Positions 19,124 through 27,315 of a DNA stretch of 53,331 bases are shown piece after piece. Each line of letters begins with the position of its first letter. Within the stretch, counting starts at the first letter, position 1. A model generated the notes under the pieces. The model made no database searches and was not told the origin of the DNA. It saw only the letters and a program-made list of their open reading frames with translations. Source of the stretch: a virus (taxonomy: Duplodnaviria; Caudoviricetes). The position numbers and the translations under genes were made by a program. The DNA lies in the IMG/VR virus record IMGVR_UViG_3300036828_001070, positions 1 to 53,331 of that record; one strand, given 5' to 3'.

Positions 19124-19849
19124 TTACGAACCTGATTCCAGGGTTCGTGCCCGCAACGGCAGTAGTTTGGCCTGAGTTTCAGAGAGCCGGGGAAACAGGC
19201 GGTTCAGGTCTGCCTCACGCTCCTCTTCGGAATCCGGTTCCACCTCCGGCCGCTCCGGCTGATTCAGGGGATTGATGATAAAGGTGCTGCCCTTGACCGT
19301 AGGCAGGAAGCCAAGTCCGGTCTGGATAGCGGTACGGTCGCGCTCTCCGGCAAAGCGGCGGGCAAACTCGATGCGCTTCTTCATCACTTCAGGATGATGC
19401 GACAGGGCAATGATCTTGACCGCGTTGGCGCTATGCGCCTGAATCGCCATCACCGCTCCGCCCAGCAGGTAGATTGGGGAAACCCCGGCCGCCAGGGCAA
19501 TCGCCTCCCAGCGCAGATACTTGCGATCACCAGCCGGAATCGAATCATGCTTCTCCACGAAGGCCACCACATGCGGGTCTTCGGAGAAGCGCATCGCCTC
19601 CAGCGCCGCCTTCAACCCACCTTGTCCGCTTTTCAACAGAGTGGAAATATCCGGCGTCGTCCCCAGCGCCAACTTAGTTACTCCCAGACGAGCCAGTGCC
19701 CCGCTTTTGCGGTCGCGGGGTGGCCTTGGCGTGATCTTCGACAAACTTCTTTTCCCTCCAGCCGGTCCACTCCTGGTCGCTCTCGTCTGAGGCTCCCTGG
19801 GCTTCGCGGAGCCTTTCTTCTTCGGTTTGACGATGCGTAACGATGGCAT
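19124..19849 (-). CDS. putative terminase small subunit / DNA-binding protein
   Basis: AAGGAGGT RBS before MPSLRIV; basic N-terminus, WEAIALAAGVSP HTH-like segment; upstream of terL. Function inferred from position. Confidence 0.5.
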   Translation of the reverse strand: MPSLRIVKPKKKGSAKPREPQTRATRSGPAGGKRSLSKITPRPPRDRKSGALARLGVTKLALGTTPDISTLLKSGQGGLKAALEAMRFSEDPHVVAFVEKHDSIPAGDRKYLRWEAIALAAGVSPIYLLGGAVMAIQAHSANAVKIIALSHHPEVMKKRIEFARRFAGERDRTAIQTGLGFLPTVKGSTFIINPLNQPERPEVEPDSEEEREADLNRLFPRLSETQAKLLPLRARTLESGS

Positions 19850-20006
19850 CGCGTACCTCCTTTTTTCCCGGATACTGCCGCTCAAAACGCTCTCGCTCCA
19901 GCTGATTGCTGACATGCAAGGCTATCCCGATATCGCGCAACGCAGTCGCAATTGAACCCAGATTATAGGCGGCCACTTCCAGCGCATTAGTCTCTTCGTC
20001 GGTCAT
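19674..20006 (-). CDS. hypothetical protein (overlaps next gene by 176 nt)
   Basis: ATGA coupling to the upstream gene; protein-like composition. Confidence 0.5.
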   Translation of the reverse strand: MTDEETNALEVAAYNLGSIATALRDIGIALHVSNQLERERFERQYPGKKEVRDAIVTHRQTEEERLREAQGASDESDQEWTGWREKKFVEDHAKATPRPQKRGTGSSGSN

Positions 20007-20401
20007 TTCACCGCCACCCCTCTGGCCACATCCTTGCGGCTGTAGCGCACGTTGCGGATCACGTCCTTGCCCTGCTCATCTTTGGTCAGGGTGGGCACCG
20101 GCTGCCCCGTCTCTACCCGCACCTCATTGGGTGGTGCCGGATCAATGTGGAAGTCGGCTTCCACGTGCTGCGGCGTCTCCGCCGGCTTTACCCCCTCCGC
20201 AAGCTGTACCCGGTAATCGCCCTTGATATGGGAGCCGGCATCATGCATGTCCAGGTGAATCTCGATCTCCGCCGAAAACCAGTCATAAGCGCTGTTGGGG
20301 TTCAGGTAGCAGTCGGTCTGCAGCTTCGCGCGCACCTTGTCCAGCACCGCTTCCACAACTTCGGTGCCACTCAGGGGATTATTCAATGTTCGCTCCGCCA
20401 T
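20003..20401 (-). CDS. hypothetical protein
   Basis: GGAGG RBS before MAERTLNNPL. Confidence 0.65.
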   Translation of the reverse strand: MAERTLNNPLSGTEVVEAVLDKVRAKLQTDCYLNPNSAYDWFSAEIEIHLDMHDAGSHIKGDYRVQLAEGVKPAETPQHVEADFHIDPAPPNEVRVETGQPVPTLTKDEQGKDVIRNVRYSRKDVARGVAVK

Positions 20402-20603
20402 CATCATCCTCCGCACATACCACGTTAAAACAGATTTCACACAACCCCGAAATAGCGAACTCCCGCCGTCCAGCTGCGCTGTAATAGCGTGCCAGCGCCG
20501 GCTTGCGACAGCGAATGCACTCGCCATCCTGCAGTAAACCTCCACCCTGCTCCGCAATCAGCTGGCGCAGATGGTCTTTGAGCCGCTGCAGGTCATCAGC
20601 CAT
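20379..20603 (-). CDS. small Zn-finger hypothetical protein
   Basis: CIRC...EFAISGLCEIC; GGAGGAG RBS. Confidence 0.65.
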   Translation of the reverse strand: MADDLQRLKDHLRQLIAEQGGGLLQDGECIRCRKPALARYYSAAGRREFAISGLCEICFNVVCAEDDDGGANIE

Positions 20604-20961
20604 GGGCTTTCTCCTCCAGGGCATTAAACATGCGGTGCGGCAGGATCTGCCGCAACTGCTCTATCTGCTGGTCAGTCAAGCCAAGAAGATCGATCAGTAT
20701 CCTGCGATTGCGCGGGTCGGTCTGGCCGTTGCGCTCATGCCGCGCCTTCAACTCCGCAAACTTAATCAGGGTTCTGCGCGAAGGGATGCAGGGCCACCGC
20801 GGGTTCCGGGCGTTGCCGGACTCGGTATATTGCACCGTACGCCGCGAGATGCCCAGCTCCGCAGCCAGCATCACCTGGGTAAAGCCGTGCCTGCGGCGAA
20901 AGCGCGTCCACTCCCTGGCCACGGCTTTATGCTGGATCTGTTCGGCCCTGGTTGGCGACAT
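20596..20961 (-). CDS. XRE-family HTH regulator
   Basis: FRRRHGFTQVMLAAELGISRRTVQYTESG. Confidence 0.8.
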   Translation of the reverse strand: MSPTRAEQIQHKAVAREWTRFRRRHGFTQVMLAAELGISRRTVQYTESGNARNPRWPCIPSRRTLIKFAELKARHERNGQTDPRNRRILIDLLGLTDQQIEQLRQILPHRMFNALEEKAHG

Positions 20962-21005
20962 ACCCGCTTCCCCTTGCGCCCAAAGCTTGCGCTGAATCAC
21001 TATAG

Positions 21006-21023
21006 CGTAGGCCACAGCCTACA
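21006..21023. promoter_or_regulatory. operator CGTAG-gccacagc-CTACA
   Basis: TGTAG-N8-CTACA family, just upstream of the HTH gene. Confidence 0.65.
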
Positions 21024-21246
21024 GTGCAGAGTTTTGTCTTTGCAATAGCTTCGCCAAATCAGCAATTGCATCAGAAAATCGATTATTTTCCTTATCGGCC
21101 AAATTTTGCCAAGCTTCCTCTTCCGTGTCTCCCACCGTCTCAAAGTATGGCCCACGACCCACGGTTATCCCAAACATTCCAGTTGGATCTACTCCGCATC
21201 TTGCATGAGGATATATCTGCAAAACTTGATCTTTAGCGGTCATCAT
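21019..21246 (-). CDS. hypothetical protein
   Basis: AGGAG RBS; part of a tightly packed operon. Confidence 0.6.
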   Translation of the reverse strand: MMTAKDQVLQIYPHARCGVDPTGMFGITVGRGPYFETVGDTEEEAWQNLADKENNRFSDAIADLAKLLQRQNSAL

Positions 21247-21249
21247 TTT

Positions 21250-21513
21250 CTACTCCTTCAAAGCTTCACGCACACAATCACACAGCACCCGCGTCGTGGG
21301 TTCGCGATGCTGAGTGAGACGGTTCCACTTCGCAGCTTTAACTTCGTCCCACTCGCCCCCTGAATGAAAGAGCAGCACCAGCTCCAGCGCATTGCGCATC
21401 CTGGCGACGGATTCGCTAGTCACTGCAGCACGGTCGCGTGGCACTATCTCATCTACCGCCTGTTGTGCCGCAGTTGCCCTGCGCGCGAACTCCTTCAACC
21501 TGTCCATACTCAC
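21250..21513 (-). CDS. hypothetical protein
   Basis: Translationally coupled ORF. Confidence 0.6.
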   Translation of the reverse strand: MSMDRLKEFARRATAAQQAVDEIVPRDRAAVTSESVARMRNALELVLLFHSGGEWDEVKAAKWNRLTQHREPTTRVLCDCVREALKE

Positions 21514-21701
21514 ACCACCTCTTCGACTGCGTAGGGCGTCCAGTGCGGGTTGTCCGCGTTAATCGTGTTCGCCAATCGCAACAGATGATTCGCCAGCGCC
21601 GAATTGCCATCACGCATGGCTGTCCCGGTGGCCATACCGAGAGCGATAAGCAATAAATCGTGGTCATCCCCGTTCAACTCCGGCAGTTTCATCGCTACCA
21701 T
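21510..21701 (-). CDS. hypothetical protein
   Basis: Coupled ORF. Confidence 0.55.
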   Translation of the reverse strand: MVAMKLPELNGDDHDLLLIALGMATGTAMRDGNSALANHLLRLANTINADNPHWTPYAVEEVV

Positions 21702-21925
21702 CCCAGATCGGTATCAAACACGTCGTCAATCACCAGTTTCCTGGTTTTGTCCAGGTGCACCGCAGCAAACAATTTTGCTTTCCCGTACTGTTCCAAGCCG
21801 AAGACCGCGAAAAGATTCTCCATCAGCCCATCCATAACAAACTGGGTTTCAAAGCTGCGGTCCTGGCTATACATCAGGCCCGGACCATCGGGACGATTCA
21901 GCGGGCGCTGCATCTTGACGATCAC
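21695..21925 (-). CDS. hypothetical protein
   Basis: Coupled ORF, IVKMQRPL. Confidence 0.6.
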   Translation of the reverse strand: MIVKMQRPLNRPDGPGLMYSQDRSFETQFVMDGLMENLFAVFGLEQYGKAKLFAAVHLDKTRKLVIDDVFDTDLGW

Positions 21926-22296
21926 TGTGGCTCCCTGGCCAGAGCGTTCAAAGCCCTCGCCTCTTCCCGCTCCAGCATTCGGCCGATCTGGAGGCCCCAG
22001 TAAAAGAATTCCATTCCCGCTTCATAGAAGATCGGTTCAGCACTAACCATGTTGCTAGGCCCCTTGCTCTCCTTCTCATCGTTCTGGAGTGCTTCATAAA
22101 TCTTTGATCCTGACAGCGAGATCCTGATCGCATTCATAAATAACTTCAGCGCAACGCGCTCGTCAGCAAGACATTCCCGGACAATCTCCGGATAAGCGCT
22201 TCCGACAGCCAACCCAAAATTCTTCTTAGTGAAATCCTGCGATGCCTCCATTTGCTGCACCAGCATCTCTGCAATCTTCATTATTGTTTTCCTCAC
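21922..22296 (-). CDS. hypothetical protein
   Basis: Coupled ORF. Confidence 0.6.
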   Translation of the reverse strand: MRKTIMKIAEMLVQQMEASQDFTKKNFGLAVGSAYPEIVRECLADERVALKLFMNAIRISLSGSKIYEALQNDEKESKGPSNMVSAEPIFYEAGMEFFYWGLQIGRMLEREEARALNALAREPQ

Positions 22297-22430
22297 TTCA
22301 GAGTTTTCTTGAACTCTTCCTGTCGCTTGATAACTTCTGATATCTTCTTCAGCACCAAGGCCAGAACAATGGCCATCTCAACACCCACAGCGGCTATCAG
22401 AGCATCGGTGATTAAGGCTTCGTGGCTCAT
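22293..22430 (-). CDS. single-TM small protein (45 aa), holin-like candidate
   Basis: MSHEALITDALIAAVGVEMAIVLALVLKKISEVIKRQEEFKKTLK, directly after the endolysin with GGAGGAG RBS. Confidence 0.55.
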   Translation of the reverse strand: MSHEALITDALIAAVGVEMAIVLALVLKKISEVIKRQEEFKKTLK

Positions 22431-23053
22431 AGGTTTCTCTCCTCCGTCACTTCTATCTGCTTCCATTTTTGCCAGGCATCACGCAACCGGATATGGTACT
22501 GATGCACGGCAAAACCTGGTCCATTGTAGCCACGCGCAAACCTCGCCCAATCATGCTGGCGCAACGCCGAATCCAGCTTTTTACTCTTCACAAAGGCCAC
22601 AAAGGCATCCAGATGCGCTGCCGCACCCGCACCCATGGCCTCCACAAACCCCACAATCGAGGGGTGACCAACTGCGGCATGATTGCTGCCCAGTACCTGG
22701 AACATGCCCCAGGAACAAGCCTGATGGGCTGCATTCCAGTCATGTGCGGCGGCATCCTGCAGACGCTCATGCTGGCCGGCACCGGCGCGGCCATAGAGAT
22801 TGCGATTCCACTTGGGCGAAGACAGCGCCATGCCGTTGCGATCCAGCTTGTCCGCATGACGCCCATCGGTCAGGCGATGGAAGATATGTGCCTCATAGAG
22901 TATCTGGGGACGGCCATCGGGCAGGAATCCCTCCCCCCTGGCTTCGACTTCAGCCACCGCACGCACTGCGGCCACATCACAATCAAGCGCAGCGGCAGCA
23001 CGAGCAAAATCAGCGTCGGTCAAACAAGAGATGATTGATTCAGGAACGCTCAT
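22427..23053 (-). CDS. endolysin, N-acetylmuramidase (DUF3380/Muramidase family)
   Basis: AVAEVEARG.GF, PQILYEAHIF, SWGMFQVLG, WARFARGYNGP motifs. Confidence 0.92.
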   Translation of the reverse strand: MSVPESIISCLTDADFARAAAALDCDVAAVRAVAEVEARGEGFLPDGRPQILYEAHIFHRLTDGRHADKLDRNGMALSSPKWNRNLYGRAGAGQHERLQDAAAHDWNAAHQACSWGMFQVLGSNHAAVGHPSIVGFVEAMGAGAAAHLDAFVAFVKSKKLDSALRQHDWARFARGYNGPGFAVHQYHIRLRDAWQKWKQIEVTEERNL

Positions 23054-23598
23054 ACCTTTTCCTTCAGCCATTCATTCATTGATGCCGGCAGCTTGGTATG
23101 CCCATTGCGCAGCGCATCCAACCGATCGCTCTCCGGCCACTCCAACGAGTAATCCTCACCTGTCCAGCGTTTCTGAAAGATCGGATAGCCGCGGTACTCG
23201 TCATTCAACACATGAGCATCTCCGTTCCAGGTCGCGTCATCGCCACGTTCCACCGAGAACTCTACCCCAAAGTAGGCAAGACCTGTATTCGCCCAACTCG
23301 AATCCACCAGATCCCCGGTCTCAGTGGCATTCCAGGCGTGCAGAATAATCTCTCCGGTAGGTGCCAGCGCGAAACCTTCGATGTACCTGAGACTGTGCCT
23401 TCCTGCAAGATTGATAGCGTTCCCGTAGCACATCTTCTGCACTCCGATCGGATAACGTCCCTCCCAGTGCCCGACATATTCCCTGCCATGCTCCAATACG
23501 AAGTCATAGGCCGACCGATAGACCAGCCCCGGCAGAAGCGGGTGTCTGTCAACCACCTCGCGCATCGCCTCCAGCATTGCCTCGCACGCCTCGCTCAT
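23050..23598 (-). CDS. hypothetical protein (papain/transglutaminase-like C...H motif)
   Basis: KMCYGNA...YIEGFA...ILHAWN...LVDSSW. Confidence 0.65.
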   Translation of the reverse strand: MSEACEAMLEAMREVVDRHPLLPGLVYRSAYDFVLEHGREYVGHWEGRYPIGVQKMCYGNAINLAGRHSLRYIEGFALAPTGEIILHAWNATETGDLVDSSWANTGLAYFGVEFSVERGDDATWNGDAHVLNDEYRGYPIFQKRWTGEDYSLEWPESDRLDALRNGHTKLPASMNEWLKEKV

Positions 23599-23792
23599 TG
23601 CGTCAACCCTTCCTGCAACAGTTGGTGCAGATAGCGCTCCAGTCCCGCGGGATGCTCATGGGCACAGTCCCAGCACACCTCTTCGCCCCCTGGCCCGGCA
23701 GGATGACAGGTGGTGACGACACCGCAAAACGTGCATCGACTCTCTTCCCCATCCCCCAAAACCAGAAGAACAATACGAACCTGTCGGGTCAT
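23595..23792 (-). CDS. small Zn-finger hypothetical protein
   Basis: CTFCG...PAGPGGEEVCWDC. Confidence 0.6.
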   Translation of the reverse strand: MTRQVRIVLLVLGDGEESRCTFCGVVTTCHPAGPGGEEVCWDCAHEHPAGLERYLHQLLQEGLTQ

Positions 23793-24106
23793 CGAATCGC
23801 CTCTCCGCTCTCCGGATCCACGATGGTCTGTTCCACCGGCTTCTCGTCCTGCAGTTGGCGGAAGTAGCGGAAGTCGCGCATCAGCATCGCCGTCGCATCC
23901 TCCGGCAACCGGTTCACCGCAAAAAAGCGCACCACCATAGCATCAGCCTCAGTACGCGCGGCAGTCACGATAAGGTCTTTGGCGATCTTGTGCGCCTCGG
24001 CAATAGTGAGCTGGGCCTTCTCGCCGTTCACCGACAGGCGCACATAAGGCTCCTTATTGCGTACCGCCACAATGCCGTCCACAAAAATGTGAGTATCATT
24101 GCTCAT
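23789..24106 (-). CDS. hypothetical protein
   Basis: GGGGAG RBS, coupled ORF. Confidence 0.65.
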   Translation of the reverse strand: MSNDTHIFVDGIVAVRNKEPYVRLSVNGEKAQLTIAEAHKIAKDLIVTAARTEADAMVVRFFAVNRLPEDATAMLMRDFRYFRQLQDEKPVEQTIVDPESGEAIR

Positions 24107-24118
24107 ACGTTCTCCCCT

Positions 24119-24346
24119 TTACGGCGCAGGCTTCCTTCTTTTGCGAAACTCCTTTGCCAGAGGGCAGGTAGCAAAGTGGCTAATCGCCGGCGACTCTGGT
24201 TCTGCCATCACATCCATGGGTATGCTCTTGCCCTCCGGCGTGGTCCAGAACTCCATCGCCTGGTTGCAGCCCAGACAGTAAGTGCCGGATCTCCGCCGGT
24301 ATCCCGCCGCTTCCAGAGCCGCGCGTGTAGCCGGAAAGGTCATCAT
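24119..24346 (-). CDS. small Zn-binding hypothetical protein
   Basis: CLGC...WTTPEGKSIPMD...SHFATCP motif. Confidence 0.7.
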   Translation of the reverse strand: MMTFPATRAALEAAGYRRRSGTYCLGCNQAMEFWTTPEGKSIPMDVMAEPESPAISHFATCPLAKEFRKRRKPAP

Positions 24347-24371
24347 CGCCACCAGTCAGGGACGGTTACAG

Positions 24372-24830
24372 TCATGACCTGACCTCTACGTTTTTCTTCA
24401 AAAGTTCCACGGTGTTATCAAAGGCTAGCCGTAATATTTCGGTGTCGATATTCAGTGGATAGACCTCGCCGGATCTGGCCATACCCGCCATTACGCAGTC
24501 GCAAATCATATCCAGCACGTCGATCAGGTTTACATCCGCCGGCACACCATCGGAATTGAGTAGATGATGACGATTTACCTTTCGGTGATTGTCCCACCAG
24601 GTTGTCTGTTTGAACCCAGTAATAAAATCTCTATGGAACCCATCGATATCGCTGATCTTGTCATGATCATGAACTTCAGCCGCTTCGTCTAACTTCCTGA
24701 TCATGAACCGAAGGGCTTCCTGCACGTCGCCTATATGCTGGCGACTGCTTGCCAGTAACGTCTCTTTCGACGTGTTGGTGAAATCGCATGTCCGTGTATC
24801 TGCCGTTGCGCTTTTCTCTATTTGAATCAT
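24372..24830 (-). CDS. HD-like phosphohydrolase-fold protein (DUF5662-like)
   Basis: HIGDV, HDHDK, HRKVNRHH, NLIDVLDMICDC motifs. Confidence 0.65.
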   Translation of the reverse strand: MIQIEKSATADTRTCDFTNTSKETLLASSRQHIGDVQEALRFMIRKLDEAAEVHDHDKISDIDGFHRDFITGFKQTTWWDNHRKVNRHHLLNSDGVPADVNLIDVLDMICDCVMAGMARSGEVYPLNIDTEILRLAFDNTVELLKKNVEVRS

Positions 24831-25000
24831 TTCCCTCTACCCTTTCTCTCCCGCTCCCAGGAGCGCCACTTGCCCGCACACACCTTGCCACAAAACTGGC
24901 TCACAAACTGTAGTCCGCTCCCATACCGATACGCGCCCTTCACCTTGCACCATCTACACAACGGCAGCGGGCCTTCCCAGGTCTTAGTGCGATATGCCAT
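24827..25000 (-). CDS. small Zn-finger protein (57 aa)
   Basis: Hand translation MAYRTKTWEGPLPLCRWCK...FCGKVCAGKWR; its stop overlaps the next ATG. Confidence 0.55.
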   Translation of the reverse strand: MAYRTKTWEGPLPLCRWCKVKGAYRYGSGLQFVSQFCGKVCAGKWRSWERERKGRGK

Positions 25001-25451
25001 CTAACTGTTCCGCCAACTGCTCACACTCGCGCTCTACCTCGGCCTGGGTCCAGTAATGGTCGCGCTCCACAAAAGCTGTGCCGTACACCTCGGTATAGGT
25101 CTGGCGGTGAATACGATCCACAACTATCCACTCCGCACGACCTTTCTCGCTCAGCGCTGCCAGATCAGGCGATGGATCGTACATGGCGTCATCGCAGTGA
25201 GCGCAGTCGAAGCCGAACCACCAGCCCTGCCCGTCCTCGTGCTCGGTGCAGGGTTCCATTTGAGCAAAGGTGAGTCCACCGTGCACCCCCACCTCGATGT
25301 CGTCGTAACCTTTGCCGTGGGTGGGATGAGTGGGTGGAACACGTACATAGCCGCAGCGGTGCATTCCCTCCCGCGCCTGCACCACGGCACAGCTCAAACC
25401 CTTATGCTTCCACTCGCGCTCAATCCGAAATGGCTTTAATGGTAAGCACAT
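24984..25451 (-). CDS. conserved phage hypothetical protein
   Basis: HRCGYV...VHGGLTF...WWFGFDCAH.DD motif set. Confidence 0.75.
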   Translation of the reverse strand: MCLPLKPFRIEREWKHKGLSCAVVQAREGMHRCGYVRVPPTHPTHGKGYDDIEVGVHGGLTFAQMEPCTEHEDGQGWWFGFDCAHCDDAMYDPSPDLAALSEKGRAEWIVVDRIHRQTYTEVYGTAFVERDHYWTQAEVERECEQLAEQLDGISH

Positions 25452-25915
25452 CAGCTTTTCTCCTTTTCCTGCTTAGCCTCTTCCTTGCCAAGATCCGGCC
25501 TGCTCCATAGCCTCGACGCAGGCGGAGCCAAACACTCCAACCGCAACCACTCATGCCCCGCCTCGGCCTCCGCTTCGGTCGCATAAAACATCCGGAACTC
25601 TTCGCCGCTTTCTCCCCGCGGCTTAAAAAGTATGGTCTCGAAGATCAGTGGCTTGCCTTCGTTCCAGCCATGCTCGATTCCTATCCATTTCGTTGCTATC
25701 AACTCAGCAAACGGCGTGCAGGTCTCCCTGATGACGCAATACTCCGAATCCCGTAAAAGTTCCCACTTCTTGAAGACGGGCAGAATATCGTTGTCCGCAA
25801 TAACCTTGCCGTCGCGATCCCAATACCGGGGATCACAGTCAGGACGACCTATCGCTTCCCGCAACGTCTGACCCAGCTCTGCCGCTTCACGCCACTCGCG
25901 CTCTCGATCATTCAT
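25451..25915 (-). CDS. hypothetical protein
   Basis: PLIFETILF...YATEAEAEAGH motif. Confidence 0.65.
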   Translation of the reverse strand: MNDREREWREAAELGQTLREAIGRPDCDPRYWDRDGKVIADNDILPVFKKWELLRDSEYCVIRETCTPFAELIATKWIGIEHGWNEGKPLIFETILFKPRGESGEEFRMFYATEAEAEAGHEWLRLECLAPPASRLWSRPDLGKEEAKQEKEKS

Positions 25916-26076
25916 CCCAGCACCAGCCGTCCCACCAACAGCGTCCACAGCACCCACATGAGCGCCACCACGTACACCACCAACTTCACCGCATAGCGCA
26001 CCCGCTCGTTCAGACTCAAATCAAGCAGCGGCACCACAATGTATGCCACCAGCAGAATCACGACGATCTGAACCAT
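25912..26076 (-). CDS. two-TM small membrane protein (54 aa), holin candidate
   Basis: Hand translation MVQIVVILLVAYIVVPLLDLSLNERVRYAVKLVVYVVALMWVLWTLLVGRLVLG; GGGGGAG RBS. Confidence 0.6.
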   Translation of the reverse strand: MVQIVVILLVAYIVVPLLDLSLNERVRYAVKLVVYVVALMWVLWTLLVGRLVLG

Positions 26077-26086
26077 GACTCCCCCT

Positions 26087-26410
26087 TCAGCCTTCTTCCT
26101 TCAACTTAATGACGCTGACTTTGTCTACCCCATCCACAGATGGATCGAACCTGCGATTGCGTTCCAGCCAACCCAAGAACTTACTACCGCCCTCGCGCGC
26201 CTTCTCGTACAACTCCTTCTGGTTTTCTTCGTAGGCGATCAATACCGAGAAATCAAACGGGAATAAGGGCGGTGTAAGGATGCCTCCTTCAGGGATCGAT
26301 TCGAGTGTGATAGGGTCCGCCTGTTGCATACGCTCAAAATTTTCCTTCTCGATCACTACCAGAAGAACCGACTTCTTCTCTTCGCTGATATTCACCATCG
26401 CTGCTAACAT
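26087..26410 (-). CDS. hypothetical protein
   Basis: GGGAG RBS before MLAAMVN; first gene of the minus-strand run. Confidence 0.6.
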   Translation of the reverse strand: MLAAMVNISEEKKSVLLVVIEKENFERMQQADPITLESIPEGGILTPPLFPFDFSVLIAYEENQKELYEKAREGGSKFLGWLERNRRFDPSVDGVDKVSVIKLKEEG

Positions 26411-26489
26411 TTGGCGTTCTCCCTGTCGCTTGCAGCCCACATCGCCTGTCGCCTACACTCTACCACTTGCGCTTATCCCTTGCGCCTAA

Positions 26490-27150
26490 AATCTCCCCAC
26501 TTTCTACTGTCGCCCCCAGCCTACCTTATCCTCCAATACTTACTACTCTTACTAACTTAATTACCTTTGTTTCCCTATTCCCAACTTTATTTTTACCTCT
26601 ACCCCAATTGTGAAACTTTTTACCCACCTCGTCCCGTCCTTACCTCTTTCAGCCTTTTCCTCGCGCTCGCCTTACCTCGCTTTCCAGCAAAACCCTTTCC
26701 CCCTATTTTTTTCTTCTCTATTCCACTTTTCGTTTTCATTCGAAAAAGGTAGGATGCGTCAGTGACATCGCGCCCCCGCCTGGAGCGGACAAATAAAGCG
26801 CGAAATTCAGGCCATCCGGGCCATCATAGAACCTCCACAGCGCATCTGTGACGGCACGTAGATGCCGGCAGAGTCCCTATCTTTAGATAGAGTGTCGTAG
26901 GATGCTGCAGCCCGGCAGAATCCCGTCCTACAACTAGTCAATTAGCGTTTGCGGCCGAATCCCTGACAATACCGCCGGCAGCCTGCAGCCTGATCGTGTT
27001 TAGTCAGATGCGCCTTGATAAGCGCCTAAGAACATCTGGAATTGGTTCTTAGAGCATCCCCTGCGCGCATTATGCCGGCAGGAAACCTGCGCGCGAAACA
27101 GGGTAAGTGGAAGACACAGAGGTGACAAAGAAAATATTTACGATAAGAGT
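26490..27150. other. long non-coding divergence region: pyrimidine-rich tract followed by a hairpin-rich segment
   Basis: 26490-26745 is strongly C/T-skewed; 26840-27105 has several inverted repeats and CCGGCAG repeats; no credible ORF. Confidence 0.6.
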
Positions 27151-27152
27151 AA

Positions 27153-27218
27153 AATAGGCTATTGACGACACATTAGAAGCATGTAATTCTATAGATCCGT
27201 TGTAGGCGATTAGCTACA
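27153..27218 (+). promoter_or_regulatory. early promoter (TTGACG at 27162) with two operators (27153-27170 degenerate; 27201-27218 TGTAG-gcgattag-CTACA)
   Basis: AT-rich UP-like region, near-consensus -35, operator palindromes; -10 ambiguous. Confidence 0.6.
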
Positions 27219-27225
27219 GCGGTAA

Positions 27226-27279
27226 GACCGAAACCCGCGTTTTGTGGGTCGTAGTGTAAAGCACTACCTGACGAAGGTC
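27226..27279 (+). ncRNA. type II hammerhead ribozyme
   Basis: GACC-GAAA-CCCGC(GTTTT)GTGGG-TC^-GTAGTG(TAAAG)CACTAC-CTGACGA-A-GGTC: full catalytic core and three stems; predicted cut after 27250. Confidence 0.88.
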
Positions 27280-27284
27280 AGATA

Positions 27285-27307
27285 AAGCGCATACCACGCT
27301 TAGGAGA
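27285..27307 (+). promoter_or_regulatory. UACCA-loop hairpin plus SD, copy 1
   Basis: AAGCG-CATACCA-CGCTT-AGGAGA. Confidence 0.7.
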
Positions 27308-27315
27308 GAAACGAA

